Below are positions 26,429-35,326 of a stretch of DNA of 38,208 nt, piece by piece. The stretch spans positions 1 through 38,208 of IMG/VR virus record IMGVR_UViG_3300014613_000052. One strand, 5' to 3'. The notes under the pieces are model-generated. The model saw nothing but the letters and a program-made list of their open reading frames with translations. It was not told the origin of the DNA and made no database searches. The position numbers and the translations under genes are program-made. This DNA is from a virus (Duplodnaviria > Caudoviricetes). Positions within the stretch are counted from its first letter, which is position 1. Every line of letters starts with the position of its first letter.

Positions 26429-27052
26429 TCAGCGTCTGCCCTTGGTTGTGTTTTTTGCGGGTGATGACGCTGCCACTTTGATGTTAACGGGAGCCGAGGT
26501 GTGCATGTCGCCGCTGACCACTTGCCCGACTGATCCATGGAATGTTTGCTTGACTCGGTGAGCTGAGCTGGCGCCTCTTACCCCCGCCAACAACTCTATT
26601 GCCGATCTCATTTCAGCGCCGCCTGATCGGTATGCCTCCAGCACTGCACGTTCGTTGGTGGACACATCGGCGATTGACTCAACGACGGACTCCACGCTGT
26701 TCGCATCACCCCATACGACGCCTTTGATGATCGGCTCCACGATCCTGCGTGTTGCACTGTGCAAGGCCATGGCTTGCATCTGATCAACCAGCTCCTGGAA
26801 CTCTCGCACGCGCTTTTCGTCTAGCTCGCCTCCTTCGTACATGGGGCCGATCTCGGCCATGGCCCACGCTCTAGAGATGCCCTCGCGCTCTATGAGCGTG
26901 TCGACTTCTTCCTCGGGCAGGGATCCTCGAATCTTTCGCTTGTTGAACGCGGCGTAAGACAGGCCGAGCTGCTCGGCCAGCTCCGCGTCTGACGTGATGC
27001 GTAAAGCTTTCTTGAGCCGTTCAAAAACAGCAACGACATGGGTGTTTTCCAT
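26429..27052 (-). CDS. Phage repressor (CI-type N-terminal HTH, no S24 autoprotease domain seen)
   Basis: 'FERLKKAL..SDAELAEQLGLS..AFNKRK.RGSLP'; divergent from Ner-like gene. Confidence 0.85.
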   Translation of the reverse strand: MENTHVVAVFERLKKALRITSDAELAEQLGLSYAAFNKRKIRGSLPEEEVDTLIEREGISRAWAMAEIGPMYEGGELDEKRVREFQELVDQMQAMALHSATRRIVEPIIKGVVWGDANSVESVVESIADVSTNERAVLEAYRSGGAEMRSAIELLAGVRGASSAHRVKQTFHGSVGQVVSGDMHTSAPVNIKVAASSPAKNTTKGRR

Positions 27053-27064
27053 AGCAGGGGGGGC

Positions 27065-27093
27065 TTGCGTGATATGTCTAATGTCTTTAGACT
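27065..27093 (+). promoter_or_regulatory. Early promoter (Pe-like), sigma70 type
   Basis: TTGCGT-17 bp-TAGACT in an AT-rich divergent intergenic region, with repeated TGTCT/AGACT half-sites as possible operators. Confidence 0.65.
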
Positions 27094-27131
27094 TTGGACA
27101 ACGTCATAAGACTTCTCATGCATAGCCTGCC

Positions 27132-27341
27132 ATGAAACAGCAGCCTCTTAAAACCCCCGAACAGGTGAAAGAAGAATTTGCCAGCAGTGGCGAGTCGATC
27201 TCTGCCTGGTGTCGTCGCCATCGCGTGACGCCATCCGCCGCCTACCGGGTCCTGACCCCCAACAGTCCGACGCCCTTGCGCGGTGAGTGCCATCGCGCCG
27301 CCGTCCTGCTCGGCATCAAGCACGGGGTCGTTCGCGACTGA
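27132..27341 (+). CDS. Ner-like DNA-binding protein (BcepMu gp16 family)
   Basis: 'TPEQVKEEF...G.SISAWCR', 'RGECHRAAVLLGIK' motif. Confidence 0.85.
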   Translation: MKQQPLKTPEQVKEEFASSGESISAWCRRHRVTPSAAYRVLTPNSPTPLRGECHRAAVLLGIKHGVVRD

Positions 27342-29590
27342 TGGCCGGCACGATGACTCTCTCAAACCACACCTTCGCAGGCAGCGATCACGCAAGCTGG
27401 CCGTGCGCAAAGGACCTGGCGGGCCTGCCAGGCTTGCCTGGAACCGAGCGCGGCATCCGCAAGCGCGCAAGCCTCGCGGGTTGGAACTGGGTGTCTGAGC
27501 CAGTGCGTGGGGGCTGGCTGGTCCGCTACGACCCCACAACGCTCCCGCCTGACGTGCGCTTGCAACTGGCGAGCAAGGCCGTTGCAGGCACCAGCGCCGC
27601 CGCCGCGCTCGAAACCCAGGCGCCGCTCGACCACGTCCAACAGCGCGCCAAGTTCATCGTCAAGGCCTCTGGCCGCACGATGGGCGATGCCGAGAAGCAA
27701 CGCACCCGTGTCCTGGTGCTCTTCCAGCGCTGGTGGCAGCACGTCGGTGGCACCCTGCACCCGGCCATCGAGCAGTTTGCAGCCCTCTGGACAGCCGGCC
27801 ACATCGAGGCGCCGACTGAGCTGCGCCAGGCGCTGCCCAAGATCAGCGCAAGCACCCTGCGCCGCTGGTGGCTGCGCATGCAGGAAAAGGGCAGCCTGCA
27901 GCGTCCTGATCACCCCAAGCGCGGCAAGTTCAAGGCCCTGTCAGGTGAGGTCGGCACCGCCACGCTCGCGGTGCTGGCCAGCAAGCCCCACCTGAGTGCT
28001 GCTGCGGTGCACCGCCTGCTGATCGACCACGGCATGGTTTCGGCAGACCAGATTCCGTCAGAACGCGCCTTTGCCCGTGCCATCGCTGCCTTCAAGCGCG
28101 ACAACGCACAGGCCTGGCTGGCGCACACCGACCCCGACGCCTGGCGCAGCCGCTACCTGGCAGCCAGCGGCGACGCTGCTGCCCACATCACGCGCCCCAA
28201 CGAAGAGTGGCAGATGGACAGCACGGTTGGTGACGCCATGCTGGTCGACCCCTCGACGGGCGAGATCCGCCGCCACCACATCGTGGCCGTGATCGACGTC
28301 TTTACCCGCCGGGTCATGTTCCTGGTCACCAGGACGTCCAAGTCCAACGCGATCGCGTCACTCATCCGCAAGGCCATCGACGCCTGGGGTCGGCCGGAGC
28401 GGATCAAGACCGACAACGGGTCGGACTACACGGCCGAGGCCCTGGAGTTCTCGCTGCTGCAGCTCGGTATCGAGCACCCGCTTTGTGAGCCCTTCGAGCC
28501 CCAGCAGAAGCCCTTTGTCGAGCGCGTCTTCGGCACGCTGCTGCATCAGCTCTTCCCGCTGTTGACCGGCTTCGTCGGTCACAACGTGGCACAGCGCAAG
28601 TCCATCGAGAACGCCCTGAGCTTCGCCCAGCGCCTGATGGGCAAGCAAGCCGTCGGTGCCGAGGTTGGGCTGCGCCTGACCCCCAACCAGCTGCAGGCCA
28701 TGATCGACAACTGGGTGCACGACTACCACCAGCGCGAGCACGGCAGCCTGGGCATCAGCCCAGCGGCCATGACCGATCGGCACCTGCGCGAGATCGTGCG
28801 CATCGACTCCCGCGCTCTCGACCTGTTCCTGCGCCCCATCGCGGCCGACGAGATCCGCACGGTGGCCAAGAAGGGCATTCGCCTGGACAACGGCTGGTTC
28901 ACCGCGCCCGAGCTGGGCGGCATGGAAGGGCGCCAGGTTCGCGTCCGCATGGACGAAGCCGAGATCGGCCAGGTGTACGCCTTCGACCTGGACGGGCAGT
29001 TCATCTGCACCGCCACCGACGTGACTCGGCTTGGCATCAGCGCCCAAGAGGTGGCCGCCAAGCGCAAGACACACCAGAAGAAGGTGGTCGACGGCTTCAA
29101 GGACGTGCTGCGCCACGCCAAGCGTGCCTACAACACCGACCAGGCCGTGCGCGATGTCTACCTCGACCGCGAGCACGCATCTGTCGAGAAGGCCCTGGGC
29201 GACAACGTGCGCCGCCTGCCGCCCCGCGAGACCCTGGGCACCACGCCTGCCATCGATTCGGCCCTGAACGGCCTGGCCAACCGTGGCAAGGCCCAGCAGG
29301 TGCCTGCCCACATGCGTGGTGCTGTCGATGCCGTGATGGCCCGCCTGGAGGCCGCTGAAGGTGGCGCCATCGAGCCCGCACGCAAGGCCGAGGTGTTCCA
29401 GGCCGCCAACACCCAGAACGCCCGCTACAGCACCTGGCTGCGCATGCGCAGCCGCACCGAACAAGGCCAGGCACTCACGCCGGCCGAACGCAACTGGTTC
29501 GACGCATACGCCACCTCGGCGGAGTGGCGATCCATGGAGCGCCTGCACGAAGGACAAGACCCCCTCGCAGCCGAAGGGGGCGGGGCCTGA
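27341..29590 (+). CDS. muA: Mu-type DDE transposase A
   Basis: N-terminal Mu DNA-binding domain (DLAGLPGLPGTERG), 'WQMD', 'TDNGSDY', 'KPFVER'; ATG overlaps upstream TGA. Confidence 0.96.
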   Translation: MAGTMTLSNHTFAGSDHASWPCAKDLAGLPGLPGTERGIRKRASLAGWNWVSEPVRGGWLVRYDPTTLPPDVRLQLASKAVAGTSAAAALETQAPLDHVQQRAKFIVKASGRTMGDAEKQRTRVLVLFQRWWQHVGGTLHPAIEQFAALWTAGHIEAPTELRQALPKISASTLRRWWLRMQEKGSLQRPDHPKRGKFKALSGEVGTATLAVLASKPHLSAAAVHRLLIDHGMVSADQIPSERAFARAIAAFKRDNAQAWLAHTDPDAWRSRYLAASGDAAAHITRPNEEWQMDSTVGDAMLVDPSTGEIRRHHIVAVIDVFTRRVMFLVTRTSKSNAIASLIRKAIDAWGRPERIKTDNGSDYTAEALEFSLLQLGIEHPLCEPFEPQQKPFVERVFGTLLHQLFPLLTGFVGHNVAQRKSIENALSFAQRLMGKQAVGAEVGLRLTPNQLQAMIDNWVHDYHQREHGSLGISPAAMTDRHLREIVRIDSRALDLFLRPIAADEIRTVAKKGIRLDNGWFTAPELGGMEGRQVRVRMDEAEIGQVYAFDLDGQFICTATDVTRLGISAQEVAAKRKTHQKKVVDGFKDVLRHAKRAYNTDQAVRDVYLDREHASVEKALGDNVRRLPPRETLGTTPAIDSALNGLANRGKAQQVPAHMRGAVDAVMARLEAAEGGAIEPARKAEVFQAANTQNARYSTWLRMRSRTEQGQALTPAERNWFDAYATSAEWRSMERLHEGQDPLAAEGGGA

Positions 29591-29597
29591 GCAGGCG

Positions 29598-29636
29598 AAA
29601 AAAAACCGCCCGACGGATTGCAGCCGAGGGGCGGTG
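29598..29636 (-). terminator. Intrinsic terminator facing against the early operon
   Basis: Minus strand ACCGCCC...GGGCGGT hairpin followed by a T-run. Confidence 0.65.
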
Positions 29637-29663
29637 ATCGATGAACGACTGGAGTAAGTGTAG

Positions 29664-30392
29664 ATGAACAACCCTGCGCAACACAACACCCGCAAAAGCG
29701 GGATCGCACCCACCCAAACGGTGGCCGTGGCCATGGCCGCGATGGAACAGATCAAGGGCCGCGCCCATGGCATGCCTGGCTTGGGCGTGCTGTTCGGCAA
29801 ACCCGGCCTGGGCAAAACCAGCGCCCTGACACGCCTGGCACACCCGGCCGACATCAACGCGGTCTATGTGGCCTGCCGGTCATTCGAGACGACCAAGAGC
29901 CTGATGCAGCTCATCCTGCGCGAGCTGGGCGTGCCCATGAAGGAGCACTGGTCGGTCCCCGCCATGTTCGAGCTGGCCTGCCAGCACTTCGGTGAGCAGG
30001 GTCGCCCCCTGGTGGTCGACGAGGCAGACCGCATCGCCGAAAAGTCCGCGATCGAGCTGCTGCGCGACCTGCATGACATCGGCCAGGTGCCCATCCTGCT
30101 GGTCGGCGAAGAGCACCTGCAGCGCAAGCTGGTCAGCAAGCACGAGCGCTTCCATGACCGTGTCCTGGTCTGGGCCCGCGCCATGCCAGCAGACGACGGC
30201 GACCTGTCCAAGCTGCTCAACCACTACACCCCGGGCCTGCAGCTCACCGTCGACGCCCGCAAGGCGCTGCTGCTCAAGACCGGCGGCGTCGCCCGCAAGG
30301 TGGTCACCACGCTGCACAACCTGCAAGAGCTGGCCCGCACCCGTGGCCTGCAGTCCATCACCATCGACGAGCTGGCGGAGGTGCAGTCGTGA
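29664..30392 (+). CDS. muB: MuB-like AAA+ ATPase (transposition target capture)
   Basis: Walker A GKPGLGKT, Walker B LVVDEAD; follows transposase. Confidence 0.94.
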   Translation: MNNPAQHNTRKSGIAPTQTVAVAMAAMEQIKGRAHGMPGLGVLFGKPGLGKTSALTRLAHPADINAVYVACRSFETTKSLMQLILRELGVPMKEHWSVPAMFELACQHFGEQGRPLVVDEADRIAEKSAIELLRDLHDIGQVPILLVGEEHLQRKLVSKHERFHDRVLVWARAMPADDGDLSKLLNHYTPGLQLTVDARKALLLKTGGVARKVVTTLHNLQELARTRGLQSITIDELAEVQS

Positions 30393-31090
30393 GTCGCAAG
30401 CCCATTGAACGGGACGTGCACCAGCCTGCTGAGCGCAAGGGCCTGCAAGCTGCTCGCGGCGGTATTGGCCAAGCCGCAGGGCTCAAGTTGCTGAGTCCTC
30501 GCGAACGGATGTGGGCAGCGATGATCAAGCTCACCAACGCCAACAAGGTCGATCGCACCTTCACCGCCTACGACGCTGCCGATTTGGCCCACCCCTGTGC
30601 ACCTGACACCGTGGGGGACTACCTGGCAGCACTGCTCAAAGCTGGCCTGGTCGAGCTTGTGGCCGAGCAGGGCCGATCAGGGGCCGGCATGACCAGCCGT
30701 CGCTGGCGCCTGCTCGTCAATTGGGCTGAAGCGCCACGCGTAAACAAGAACGGCCAGGCCGTTACTCAGGGCTTGGGTGTGCTGGCGATGTGGCGTGCAG
30801 CCCGCATCCGCAAGACATTCACACCCAACGAGCTGGCTCAAGACGCGAGCGTGGGTGAGGTCAAGGTGAGCCTGGACACCGCGCGGCAGTACTGCGTGAC
30901 CCTGGTCAAGTCTGGCCACTTTGCCTATGTGATCAAGGGCAAAGGCGGCAAGCCAAGCACGCTGCGACTGGCAAAGGACACCGGCCCGCACGCTCCGGCC
31001 GTCACCAAGGCCAAGGTGGTGTTTGACCGCAACGAGGCCCGCCACATCGTCGTCGAAACGCCGCAGGAAACCTGCGACCAACTCGGCTGA
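30389..31090 (+). CDS. Hypothetical protein, probably tandem winged-helix DNA-binding
   Basis: Two 'FT..LA...Y...L..AG' repeats; coupled to muB. Confidence 0.75.
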   Translation: MSRKPIERDVHQPAERKGLQAARGGIGQAAGLKLLSPRERMWAAMIKLTNANKVDRTFTAYDAADLAHPCAPDTVGDYLAALLKAGLVELVAEQGRSGAGMTSRRWRLLVNWAEAPRVNKNGQAVTQGLGVLAMWRAARIRKTFTPNELAQDASVGEVKVSLDTARQYCVTLVKSGHFAYVIKGKGGKPSTLRLAKDTGPHAPAVTKAKVVFDRNEARHIVVETPQETCDQLG

Positions 31091-31098
31091 GGTGACCC

Positions 31099-31491
31099 AT
31101 GAACCAACCTGCAGCCAAGAAGACCCCGCCGGTCAAGCAACTGCCGCCCGACGTGCTCGACATCCTGCGTGAGCAGGCCAAGAGCAAGACACAGGTCGAG
31201 ATGGCCGACGAGCTGGGCGTCAGCACCAGCTACGTCAACAAGGCCATTCACGACAAGTACACGGGCGACATCGAGAAGCTCTGCGCCCGCGTCCGTGGCC
31301 TCTGGGCTGGCTCGACGGTCGAGTGCCCTGTCCTGGGCGCCATCAACACCAAGGTCTGCCAGGACCAGCAAGGCCACCCGGCCTGCTGGAGCAACCCGAT
31401 GCGAGCAGCCCTGACCCGTTCGTGCCGCAAGTGCCCGCACGCCCAACACAACAAGCCGGCCTCTGCCGAGGCCATCACAGAAGGAGCATGA
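31099..31491 (+). CDS. HTH protein with Cys-rich C-terminus
   Basis: 'TQVEMADELGVSTSYVN' HTH; CPVLG..C...C..C. Confidence 0.8.
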   Translation: MNQPAAKKTPPVKQLPPDVLDILREQAKSKTQVEMADELGVSTSYVNKAIHDKYTGDIEKLCARVRGLWAGSTVECPVLGAINTKVCQDQQGHPACWSNPMRAALTRSCRKCPHAQHNKPASAEAITEGA

Positions 31492-31492
31492 C

Positions 31493-31876
31493 ATGGACCA
31501 CCCGAACCCCAGCCGTCAGCGCCAGCACGGCCAGCCCGATCGCCAGCAGAGCCACCTCGGCTTCGCCCTGCTGTGCATCGCCTTCCTGATCCTGCTGTAT
31601 GGCCTGGTCGGCCAGTGGGATCGGGCCAACGAGTTGGAAGGCCAGCTCATCGACAGCGCCGTGTCGTACAGCGAGATCCTGGAAGAGCAGGAGCGCGATC
31701 AAGCGCACCAGATGGCCAACGCCTACCGGCGCGGCCGGCTGGACGCGATCGAGGACCTGGGTGCCGAGCACCCCGAAGCCCTGGCAGCCGCGTGCCAGGC
31801 GATCAGCGAAGCCGGCAAGGCCACCACCGACGTGGCTGTGCGCCGCGACACCGACAGCGGCCACATCGGCGGCTGA
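31493..31876 (+). CDS. Hypothetical membrane protein
   Basis: GGAG SD, one TM segment, in operon. Confidence 0.7.
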   Translation: MDHPNPSRQRQHGQPDRQQSHLGFALLCIAFLILLYGLVGQWDRANELEGQLIDSAVSYSEILEEQERDQAHQMANAYRRGRLDAIEDLGAEHPEALAAACQAISEAGKATTDVAVRRDTDSGHIGG

Positions 31877-31903
31877 CCCATCACTGCAACCACGTTTCAC
31901 ACC

Positions 31904-32518
31904 ATGAGCAATACCATCCCCGAGGGCTTCATGCCCAACCCGCAGGGCCACCTGGTGCCCATCAGCACGATCAAGCCCATTGACCTGCTGCGCGACCAGA
32001 CGGTCAACACCATCGCCGCCAAGGCCCAAGCCCTTTGCAGGGCCCTGGCCGAATTCAAGGCCGGCACCTTCAGCGACCTCGAAGCCTTCGTGGCCACCAG
32101 CGCGGCGCAGTACGGCGTCGAGATCGGCGGCGAGAAGGGCAACCTCACCCTGCACAGCTACGACGGGCGCTTCAAGATCGTGCGCAGTGTCGCTGACCTG
32201 ATTCGCTTCGACGAGCAGCTCATCGCCGCCAAGAAGCTGGTCGACGACTGCCTGTCCGACTGGACCGACGAAAGCCGCGACGAGCTGCGCGCCCTGGTCA
32301 ACCAAGCCTTCCAGGTCAACGCCACCGGATCCGTGCGCACCAGCGAGGTCTTGCGCCTGCTGCGCATCGACATCAAGGACCCGCGCTGGATCACCGCCAT
32401 GGAAGCGGTGCGCAACAGCATCCAGGTCATGGGCACCAAGCCTTACGTGCGCATCTACGAGCGCATCAAGGGCACCGACGAATACACGCCCATCACCCTC
32501 GACCTGGCCAAGGTCTGA
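31904..32518 (+). CDS. DUF3164 family protein (Mu-like early gene)
   Basis: 'G.LVP...IKPIDLLRD', 'GGEKGNLTL.SYDG', 'K.YVR.YER...Y..I.LD.A'. Confidence 0.9.
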   Translation: MSNTIPEGFMPNPQGHLVPISTIKPIDLLRDQTVNTIAAKAQALCRALAEFKAGTFSDLEAFVATSAAQYGVEIGGEKGNLTLHSYDGRFKIVRSVADLIRFDEQLIAAKKLVDDCLSDWTDESRDELRALVNQAFQVNATGSVRTSEVLRLLRIDIKDPRWITAMEAVRNSIQVMGTKPYVRIYERIKGTDEYTPITLDLAKV

Positions 32519-32554
32519 CCCATCACCAACGCAGTACTCACACAGGAGCCCACC

Positions 32555-32974
32555 ATGAACCAAGCCCATGGCCAGCACGCTGCTGAGCCCGTCATCCTCC
32601 CCGCCAACCTGGTTGGCCTGGTCGACCGCGACAACGCCACGCTGATCGCCACCATGCCCTTCTCGCGCCCCGAAGCAGCCGTGGCGCTGTCTCAGCTGCT
32701 CGCCCGCGATCGCGGCGTCGAGATGCTGACCGAGGCCGTGCAGATGGCCGTGCAGAGCGCCCGCACCGACATCGAGTGCGAATGCACCGAAGCCTACGAA
32801 GACGGCGTGCGCTGGTGGAACACCGAAGCCGGACTCTTCGTCGGCAGCGCGGGCGACAACGACATCGAGTTCCTGCACATGCGGGAGCGCGCCATCGAGT
32901 TCCTGGAGTGGATGCACGCCATCGTGCGCCACCCCGAACACCCGGCCTGGATCCGCTTCATCGAGCAGGCCTGA
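32555..32974 (+). CDS. Hypothetical protein
   Basis: AGGAG SD, co-directional in early operon. Confidence 0.75.
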   Translation: MNQAHGQHAAEPVILPANLVGLVDRDNATLIATMPFSRPEAAVALSQLLARDRGVEMLTEAVQMAVQSARTDIECECTEAYEDGVRWWNTEAGLFVGSAGDNDIEFLHMRERAIEFLEWMHAIVRHPEHPAWIRFIEQA

Positions 32975-33011
32975 GCCTTCCCATCACCACATCACCTTCG
33001 AGCAAGCAATC

Positions 33012-33788
33012 ATGAGCACCAACCTGATCAAGCCCACCGCCGGCCGTGTCGTCTGGTACTGGCCCAGCCCGGCCACCATGGCCGTGCACGACATGTTCAG
33101 CAACGAACCCACCCAGCCCATGGCCGCCCACGTCGCCTACGTGTGGCACGACCGCATGGTCAACCTGGTGGCCTACGACCACAAGGGCAAAGTCCACGCC
33201 CTGCCCAGCGTCAGCCTGATCCAGCCCGGCGACGACGTGCCCGAGGGCCGCGACTTCTGCCAGTGGATGCCGCACCAGGTCAAAGAGCAGGGCCAGGTCA
33301 TCACCGCCACCGTCGAGTCCACCGAGATGCCCATCGCTTCTCCCGCTGTGCTCTCCCTGGAACAAGCCATCCGCGAGCACCAGGCCGACGTCGCCCCGCG
33401 CGTCACCATGGAAGACATCGAGGCGAACATCAAAAGCGAGCACTGCTTCACCGCGTGGGATGGCGTGATGGGCGTCACCTATGGCAACGATTTCGTGCAG
33501 GACAAAGTCGATTCTGAAGGAATGGCCCCTGGCGATTTCGTTGACAGCACTGCGTACGAGTCTTTGCGCCTGATGACGGTGTGCGTCCTGATCCTGCGCA
33601 ATGGCTTTACCGTGGTCGGCACCAGCGCCTGCGCCAGCCCCGCGAACTTCAACGAAGAGATCGGCCGCCGCTTGGCCCGCGAGCGCGCCATCGATCAGGT
33701 CTGGCCCCTGATGGGCTACGACCTGCGCACGCAGATCTTCCGCGCCGAGCGCCTCAAGTCCACCGAGGCCCAGGCCGAGACCGCCTGA
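33012..33788 (+). CDS. Two-domain protein: unknown N-terminal domain plus N4 Gp49/Sf6 gp66-family domain
   Basis: C-terminal 'PRVT...CVLILRNGFTVVG.SAC.SP.NF..EIGR..AR..A...VW.L.GY.L'. Confidence 0.85.
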   Translation: MSTNLIKPTAGRVVWYWPSPATMAVHDMFSNEPTQPMAAHVAYVWHDRMVNLVAYDHKGKVHALPSVSLIQPGDDVPEGRDFCQWMPHQVKEQGQVITATVESTEMPIASPAVLSLEQAIREHQADVAPRVTMEDIEANIKSEHCFTAWDGVMGVTYGNDFVQDKVDSEGMAPGDFVDSTAYESLRLMTVCVLILRNGFTVVGTSACASPANFNEEIGRRLARERAIDQVWPLMGYDLRTQIFRAERLKSTEAQAETA

Positions 33789-33838
33789 CCGTTCACCCCT
33801 CCCAGCGTTTCCCTCCCTGATCGGTTGCAAGACCGTTT

Positions 33839-33863
33839 CCCGGGCCTCGGCCCGGGGCTTTTT
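33839..33863 (+). terminator. Intrinsic terminator inside the early operon
   Basis: CCCGGGCC-TC-GGCCCGGG followed by GCTTTTT. Confidence 0.65.
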
Positions 33864-33908
33864 CAAGCGCCTTGCATGGGCGTTTGAACAAACCACCAGG
33901 AGCCCACC

Positions 33909-34271
33909 ATGAGCATCGAATGCGGAGAGTGCGAGCAAGACCTGCGCGGCGGACACGCCCCGGGCTGCTCGCGCGCCAAGCCACCTGTCACCCACACCGG
34001 CCACAAGAGCTACGACGAGATCAAAGCCCAGTGCAAGCAGCTCGGCCTCACCCTGCGTGACCAGGCCTACAACAAGCAGATGTCGGACTTCATCGTGGTC
34101 GAGGGTGGCGGCGGTCGCGCCTACTACAACACCACCAATGGATACTTCTTCGGCACCACCGACACCGGCGTCCAGTTCAGCACCGAGCACACCACCTACG
34201 ACCACGAGTCGTGGTTCCAGCAGCTGCTCGACTTCTTCCTGGTCGGCCGCAAGACCGAGGTGCCGTCATGA
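33909..34271 (+). CDS. Hypothetical protein
   Basis: AGGAG SD; N-terminal CxxC...HxxxC. Confidence 0.72.
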   Translation: MSIECGECEQDLRGGHAPGCSRAKPPVTHTGHKSYDEIKAQCKQLGLTLRDQAYNKQMSDFIVVEGGGGRAYYNTTNGYFFGTTDTGVQFSTEHTTYDHESWFQQLLDFFLVGRKTEVPS

Positions 34272-34840
34272 GCGCCGTCGCTCACCCCGTGCTCGAAACG
34301 CGAGCCGCGATCGTGTTTGCCCTGACCGGCAAGCCACGCACGCTGCTGGACCTCTTCTACACGGTCGGCATCCAGCCCACGCCAGCCTCGGCCCAGGCCG
34401 CTGAGAAGTGGCTCAAGTGCCTGCGCAAGCACGGCCTGGTCGACGTCAGCGAGGACGAAGAGGGCGCACCCCTCATCACCTGGGTGGCGAGCGCCAGCGA
34501 CGTGGATCCGCTGCCTGATGCCACCGAGATCGACAGCTCCGCTGACCGCCATGTGCTGGCCATTCAACTGTTGATGAATCGTCCATCGACGGCTGCTGAG
34601 CTGATGGAGCGGCTCTCGCGCTTTGGGTTCTCCACCTCCAAAGGCCCCACCCATGGCATCACCGTCTGGCTCGAATCGCTGGAGCACGAAGGGCTGGTCA
34701 CGCACGCACCTGGCGTGAAGGCCACCAAGAGCACCAGCGGCAGGTTTCCTCGCGTTTTGAGCTGGGCCAGCCCTGGCCACCGAGACCAACTTTTGACAAC
34801 CGTCATGCCAACAAAGGTCGAGCAAGAAGGCCGCTTATGA
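34268..34840 (+). CDS. Hypothetical protein, possible tandem winged-helix
   Basis: ATGA overlap; two 'W L..L...GLV' repeats. Confidence 0.7.
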   Translation: MSAVAHPVLETRAAIVFALTGKPRTLLDLFYTVGIQPTPASAQAAEKWLKCLRKHGLVDVSEDEEGAPLITWVASASDVDPLPDATEIDSSADRHVLAIQLLMNRPSTAAELMERLSRFGFSTSKGPTHGITVWLESLEHEGLVTHAPGVKATKSTSGRFPRVLSWASPGHRDQLLTTVMPTKVEQEGRL

Positions 34841-35037
34841 ATCGGCAGGGCGCCATCAATTCGATCTTGGGCCGCCACGGCTTTGTGTGCATCTGTCAAA
34901 CGTGCGCACGTGCTGCGCGGCCGCTGAAAGCGGTTGGGCTGTCCCAGTGGCACGAAGCGCTGAGCGAGGCCCAGCGAGAGCAGCGCGCTTATTCGTGGTT
35001 TTCCATCTACTCCAAACGGTCCATCAGACCAACATGA
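34837..35037 (+). CDS. Small hypothetical protein (CxCxxC)
   Basis: ATGA coupling at both ends. Confidence 0.55.
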   Translation: MNRQGAINSILGRHGFVCICQTCARAARPLKAVGLSQWHEALSEAQREQRAYSWFSIYSKRSIRPT

Positions 35038-35312
35038 AGATGCCATCACCAACCAAGAAGACGAACCCCGTTGTCCTGCAGCTCAACACGTCGGGCGCCT
35101 GGCGCAACCTCGTCAAGTTCGATGGCTCCAAGGCTCGATTGCTCAAGAAGGCCATGACCGCTGGCAAGGCCCTGGCCGACATCGCCAACGCCAGCGCACG
35201 CATCGCCATGGACGACGGCCACCAGACCGCCCTGGCGCACTACATGGCCGGTGACGGTGCCTGGCGTGATGCCCGCACGCAGGACATGTTCGACCCCGCG
35301 CATCAGCAATGA
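35034..35312 (+). CDS. Hypothetical phage protein
   Basis: ATGA coupling; 'LQLNTSGAWRNLVKFD'. Confidence 0.65.
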   Translation: MKMPSPTKKTNPVVLQLNTSGAWRNLVKFDGSKARLLKKAMTAGKALADIANASARIAMDDGHQTALAHYMAGDGAWRDARTQDMFDPAHQQ

Positions 35313-35326
35313 AGGACTGAACCCTC

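Noticed and set aside
27057-27063. G7 run just upstream of the repressor start as a phase-variation tract
   Set aside because: Too short to be persuasive in a GC-rich genome without read-level evidence.
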